Shown here: one piece after another, positions 60,236 through 64,000 of the stretch | Layout of the letters: each line of letters starts with the position of its first letter | Position numbering within the stretch: position 1 is the first letter of the stretch | Source: an uncultured bacterium | Lineage (GTDB): Bacteria; Desulfobacterota_D; UBA1144; Nemesobacterales; UBA2774 | Direction of reading: 5' to 3' | Length of the DNA stretch: 64,000 bases | Assembly: GCA_963705505.1 (NCBI GenBank) | Contig: CAVPJU010000003.1 | Span: 32,001-96,000 of the forward strand | Position numbers and translations under genes: made by a program | Notes under the pieces: generated by a model | Seen by the model: the letters and a program-made list of their open reading frames with translations, nothing else | Told to the model about the DNA's origin: nothing | Databases searched by the model: none

Positions 60236-61895
60236 AATCCCTCTGGTCCCGGAGAACACGGCGCCACTCCCTTCCCTCAAGGAAAACAACGGGCTTCTCA
60301 GCTGGGTCGCGTCCGTCGACCACAAGCAGATAGGGCTGATGTATCTGATCATCACGCTCGTCTACTTCCTTATCGGCGGAATCGAAGCGCTCCTTATACG
60401 CATACAGCTCGCTCGACCAGTCAACGACTTCCTGACTCCCGAGGTTTACAACCAGCTTTTCACCATGCACGGAACGACCATGATTTTCTTCGTAGTCATG
60501 CCGTTTCTGATCGGCGTGGGTGTCTATCTCCTGCCGCTCATGATAGGGGCCCGGGACATGGCTTTCCCCCGCCTGAACGCTCTCAGCTTCTGGCTCTTCT
60601 TCTTCGGCGGCATTCTTCTTTACTACAGCTTCTTCACACAGAGCGGCGCTCCCGATGTCGGCTGGTTCGCCTACGCGCCGCTTAGCGAAAAGCCGTTCTC
60701 TCTGAATAAGGGGCCTACATACTGGGCGCTCGGACTCCTCGCCTCGGGCATAGGCTCGGTCTCCTCGGGGCTGAACAACGTAGTCACCATCCTGACGATG
60801 AGAACTCCGGGGATGACGATGCGGAGGATACCTCTTTTCGTATGGATGATGCTCGTCACTTCCCTGCTCCTCGTCTTCGTAATCCCGATCATCACGGCGG
60901 CGTTCGCCATGATGCTTCTCGACAGTCTCTTGGGCGCTTCTTTTTTCACGCCCGCCCACGGAGGCTCCGCCATACTGTGGCAGCATTTTTTCTGGGGCTT
61001 CGGGCACCCGGAAGTTTATATACTCGTCCTTCCGGCTTTCGGAATAATCTCGGAAGTCATCCCGGTCTTCTCACGGAAACCGATCTACGGCTATGAATTC
61101 GTAGCCGGAGCGACCGTGGCGATAGGTCTTCTGAGCCTGGGCGTTTGGGCTCACCACATGTTCGCGGTGGGTCTCGGAAACGTCGCAAACGCGTATTTCT
61201 CCCTCGCGAGCATGCTGATAGCAATACCCACGGGCGTCAAGGTGCTGAACTGGGTCGCCACGATGTGGGGGGGTAAGATAAATTTTGCGACCCCTATGCT
61301 TTTCGCGACCGCATTCATACTGGAATTCGTTATCGGCGGGCTGTCCGGAGTGGCAATCGCTTCCGTACCTATAGACTGGGTAGTCACGGACAGCTACTTC
61401 ATTGTGGCGCATTTCCATTATACGATCTTCGGGGGGTCGCTCTTTGCGATCTTCGCCGGAGTCTATTACTGGTTCCCGAAGTTCACCGGGAGGATGCTCT
61501 CGGAAACCCTTGGCAAATGGCACTTCTGGCTGACGGTCATCGGATTCAACATGACGTTCTTCGTACAGCATTTCCTGGGCGTAATGGGAATGCCGAGGCG
61601 TACATATACATATTACGACATGCCCTACTGGGGGTCGATGAACCTTTTATCCACGATAGGTGCGATGATCATAGCCTTATCCGTAATAGTATTCGTCTGG
61701 AATATAATCTTCAGCTTAAGGAACGGCAAAGAGGCGGGTGATAACCCCTGGAACGCCTGGACGCTCGAATGGGCGACGACTTCGCCCCCCGCAGTTCATA
61801 ATTTCGAGCTCGTCCCCCCGGTCAGGAGCGCTCGGCCTCTCTGGGACCTGGCTCACCCGGACATGCCCGACGAACCGGATGCGAAAATTGTCTAG
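60225..61895 (+). CDS. coxA: cytochrome c oxidase subunit I (A1 type)
   Basis: DHKQIG, TMHG, GHPEVY, WAHHM, AHFHY, GMPRR. Confidence 0.97.
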   Translation: MSSRIPLVPENTAPLPSLKENNGLLSWVASVDHKQIGLMYLIITLVYFLIGGIEALLIRIQLARPVNDFLTPEVYNQLFTMHGTTMIFFVVMPFLIGVGVYLLPLMIGARDMAFPRLNALSFWLFFFGGILLYYSFFTQSGAPDVGWFAYAPLSEKPFSLNKGPTYWALGLLASGIGSVSSGLNNVVTILTMRTPGMTMRRIPLFVWMMLVTSLLLVFVIPIITAAFAMMLLDSLLGASFFTPAHGGSAILWQHFFWGFGHPEVYILVLPAFGIISEVIPVFSRKPIYGYEFVAGATVAIGLLSLGVWAHHMFAVGLGNVANAYFSLASMLIAIPTGVKVLNWVATMWGGKINFATPMLFATAFILEFVIGGLSGVAIASVPIDWVVTDSYFIVAHFHYTIFGGSLFAIFAGVYYWFPKFTGRMLSETLGKWHFWLTVIGFNMTFFVQHFLGVMGMPRRTYTYYDMPYWGSMNLLSTIGAMIIALSVIVFVWNIIFSLRNGKEAGDNPWNAWTLEWATTSPPAVHNFELVPPVRSARPLWDLAHPDMPDEPDAKIV

Positions 61896-61906
61896 GAGAT
61901 ACCTCG

Positions 61907-62458
61907 ATGTCGCGTAACAGGATGCTGGTAGGTTTTTTCATTTCTTCGGAATCGATATTCTTTCTGATGCTGATTCTCGCATACGTGAATTTCCACGGCT
62001 CCGTCACCGACGGACCCACGGCGGTAAACAGCCTGAACCCCGTCGTTACGGGCATATTCAGCTTATTCCTCTTCGCGAGCAGCTTCACCATATGGCTTGC
62101 GGGCAAAAGCCTCAGGAACAAAAACCACCGCATGCTCAAAGTCTGGATACTGGCGACTATTATTCTCGGGGCCGTCTTTATCTTCGGCCAGGGCCTCGAA
62201 TGGAAGGGCCTCATAGACAAGAACATAACCATAAGCCGGAACGTATTCGGCACCACGTTCTTCACCCTCACGGGGTTCCACGGTTTCCACGTTTGCGTGG
62301 GTCTCCTCATGCTTTCGATACTCCTCGGGCTTGCGCTCTCGGGGGATTTCAAGGGGGGCAAATCCGACGCGGTCGAATGCATCTCGATGTACTGGCACTT
62401 TGTCGACGGCGTATGGATAGTAGTCTTTTCGGTCATTTACCTGTGGGCATTTTTATGA
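61907..62458 (+). CDS. coxC: cytochrome c oxidase subunit III
   Basis: FISSE..FF, TGFHG.HV, YWHFVD.VW. Confidence 0.93.
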   Translation: MSRNRMLVGFFISSESIFFLMLILAYVNFHGSVTDGPTAVNSLNPVVTGIFSLFLFASSFTIWLAGKSLRNKNHRMLKVWILATIILGAVFIFGQGLEWKGLIDKNITISRNVFGTTFFTLTGFHGFHVCVGLLMLSILLGLALSGDFKGGKSDAVECISMYWHFVDGVWIVVFSVIYLWAFL

Positions 62459-62492
62459 ACGGGTTTTTATCAAATAATTGGGAGAGAGGAGC

Positions 62493-63341
62493 ATGAACAT
62501 ATCGCACTTTCTAGGCACCGCATGGTCGTTTGAGCCCTGGGTCTTCATTTTCGCCCTCGCGCTGCTCGGGGTCTACGCAGTCCTTCCGGGGTCGCGTCTC
62601 GACGGCAAGTTCCTGCTTTTCGCATCCGGTGTAATGCTTATAGTCCTGACGCTCGTATCCCCTCTCGACTATCTCGGACGCAATTACCTTTTCAGCGCAC
62701 ACATGGTGGAGCACATACTGCTGCTCCTCGTCATACCGCTCATGCTGCTTTCGGGGATTCCGGAGCGTGCCGCGGAAAGAGCATTCATGGTCCCGCTCGC
62801 GGGCGGGATAATTAAATTCCTGGGCAGCCCCGTACCGGCGTGGCTCCTGGGCGTGGGCTCGATGTGGGTCTGGCACATGCCGTCCCTCCACGAGACCGTT
62901 ATGCGCAGCGAAAGCCTTTACATAGCTCAGCAAATAAGCTTCGTGCTTACGGGCGTAATATTCTGGTGGCCGGTTTTCGCCCCCGTCAGGGCGGCGAGAC
63001 TGTCCCCGCTCTCATCCACACTCTACCTGGCCTCAGCATGTCTCGGCTGCACCGTACTCGGCATGCTAATCACCTTTGCGGGAGCGGGCCTCTATCCGTC
63101 ATATGTAAACCCGGCCGATTCCGCGGGGATTCTCTCTTATTTAAGAAACGACCTGTGCATCACCCCGGGAGTCGACCAGCAGATAGGCGGCCTCACGATG
63201 TGGGTCCCCGGGTGCCTCATATACCTCACCGCCAGCCTGGTGACAATCGCAAGGTGGTACGCCTCGCCCGAATCAGACCCGGTTACCGCTCCCGCCGGGG
63301 ATAGTGTTATTGCGAAGGCAGGCTCGTACGAAAGGAATTAA
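62493..63341 (+). CDS. ctaG: caa3 oxidase assembly factor CtaG
   Basis: SPLD, FSAHM..H, WVWH.P, DQQ.GG..MW.PG. Confidence 0.9.
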   Translation: MNISHFLGTAWSFEPWVFIFALALLGVYAVLPGSRLDGKFLLFASGVMLIVLTLVSPLDYLGRNYLFSAHMVEHILLLLVIPLMLLSGIPERAAERAFMVPLAGGIIKFLGSPVPAWLLGVGSMWVWHMPSLHETVMRSESLYIAQQISFVLTGVIFWWPVFAPVRAARLSPLSSTLYLASACLGCTVLGMLITFAGAGLYPSYVNPADSAGILSYLRNDLCITPGVDQQIGGLTMWVPGCLIYLTASLVTIARWYASPESDPVTAPAGDSVIAKAGSYERN

Positions 63342-63385
63342 GCCGTGAAGACGAAAATAAAATATATGAAATCAGCGGAGGAAGC

Positions 63386-63733
63386 ATGAGCACCGGAAGC
63401 GAGTTTCAGGCCCCGAAAAGTACGCAGGCTGCCGCTTTTCAGACAACGTCTGCCCGGACTTTCGATTTCCAGGCAATGGAGGCGGAGGCGCTAAAGAAGG
63501 GCATACCTCCCGGCTGGCACAGGCCTCTTCCGGAAAAGCTGCCGAGGCCCGGATACTGGCCAGCCATCATGGCTCTCGGTATTACCTTCATGCTCTGGGG
63601 GCTTGCCGTCGGGTTCAACGAAGTCGTCAGCACTATATTAATACTTTTTTTTATCGGGCTCGTGCTGTTCGTAGTGGCGCTTTCAGGATGGATAGGAGAC
63701 CTAAGAGATGAGCGAAAAGACGAAAACGAGTGA
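63386..63733 (+). CDS. 2-TM membrane protein, possible oxidase subunit IV
   Basis: LP.P.YWP...A.G...GWI pattern, in operon. Confidence 0.6.
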   Translation: MSTGSEFQAPKSTQAAAFQTTSARTFDFQAMEAEALKKGIPPGWHRPLPEKLPRPGYWPAIMALGITFMLWGLAVGFNEVVSTILILFFIGLVLFVVALSGWIGDLRDERKDENE

Positions 63734-64000
63734 GTGCACAAGAAGGCAATTCTTTGCGCACGTGAGCATAGCGCTCGGGAGCATAGCCGCGGTGCTCGTG
63801 GGAATACCGATAGTAGGCTCGATACTCGCCCCGATAATCAAGAAGCAGAAACCGGAGTGGAGAGCCGTGGGCGCGCTTGAGAGCTTTAAGATCGGAGAGA
63901 CGGTCAAGGTCAACTACGTCGACGCGTCCCCACTCCCCTGGGCGGGCGTAACGGCGGAATCAGCCGCATGGCTGAGGAGGGACGGAGAGGAGCATTTCAC
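63708..64000 (+). CDS. Rieske Fe-S subunit of quinol:cytochrome c reductase (partial)
   Basis: MSEK...TRRQFF Tat motif, TM, W..VG....F..GE, PLPWAG.....AAWLRR; truncated before the Cys/His boxes. Confidence 0.75.
   Translation, partial: MSEKTKTSECTRRQFFAHVSIALGSIAAVLVGIPIVGSILAPIIKKQKPEWRAVGALESFKIGETVKVNYVDASPLPWAGVTAESAAWLRRDGEEHF

Noticed and set aside
1437..63913. Numerous 60-320 aa antisense/overlapping ORFs in the ORF track (e.g. 2231-3112, 20110-21069, 51088-51915)
   Set aside because: Shadow frames of well-supported genes in a moderately GC-rich genome; no motifs or RBS

Overview
Ordinary-GC, gene-dense chromosomal window from an aerobic diderm bacterium. An IPTL-CTERM protein, dispersed tat genes and a caa3-type oxidase plus Rieske cluster would fit Candidatus Dadabacteria or a relative, but this is unverified inference. 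Core metabolism includes trhO, a fused malate synthase-isocitrate lyase, three-subunit transhydrogenase (pnt), sulfurtransferase-SufE-SufU, NDH-2, an orphan nuoF, lhgO, fumC, hisS, TamA/BamA and coxBAC-ctaG-Rieske. The most interesting signals are: (i) a c-di-GMP-I (GEMM) riboswitch heading a 1421-aa protein with an NDT/TIR-like N-terminus and long TPR arrays; (ii) an ECF sigma/ZAS anti-sigma/PspA/vWA/membrane protein locus with two matching SigW-like promoters (TAAAAC-N16-CGTA); (iii) an ORF-less promoter-to-terminator unit with tandem anti-SD CCUCC motifs (sRNA candidate); (iv) a decayed AT-rich island with an AlbA_2 gene between 35-bp direct repeats and a SLOG/DUF2493-like gene split by a nuclease-like fragment; (v) many REP-like palindromes, some nested. 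Four frameshifts at short homopolymers, one in essential hisS, suggest assembly errors. No tRNA, rRNA, CRISPR array or intact transposase was seen. All family assignments are from motif recognition by eye, not database searches.
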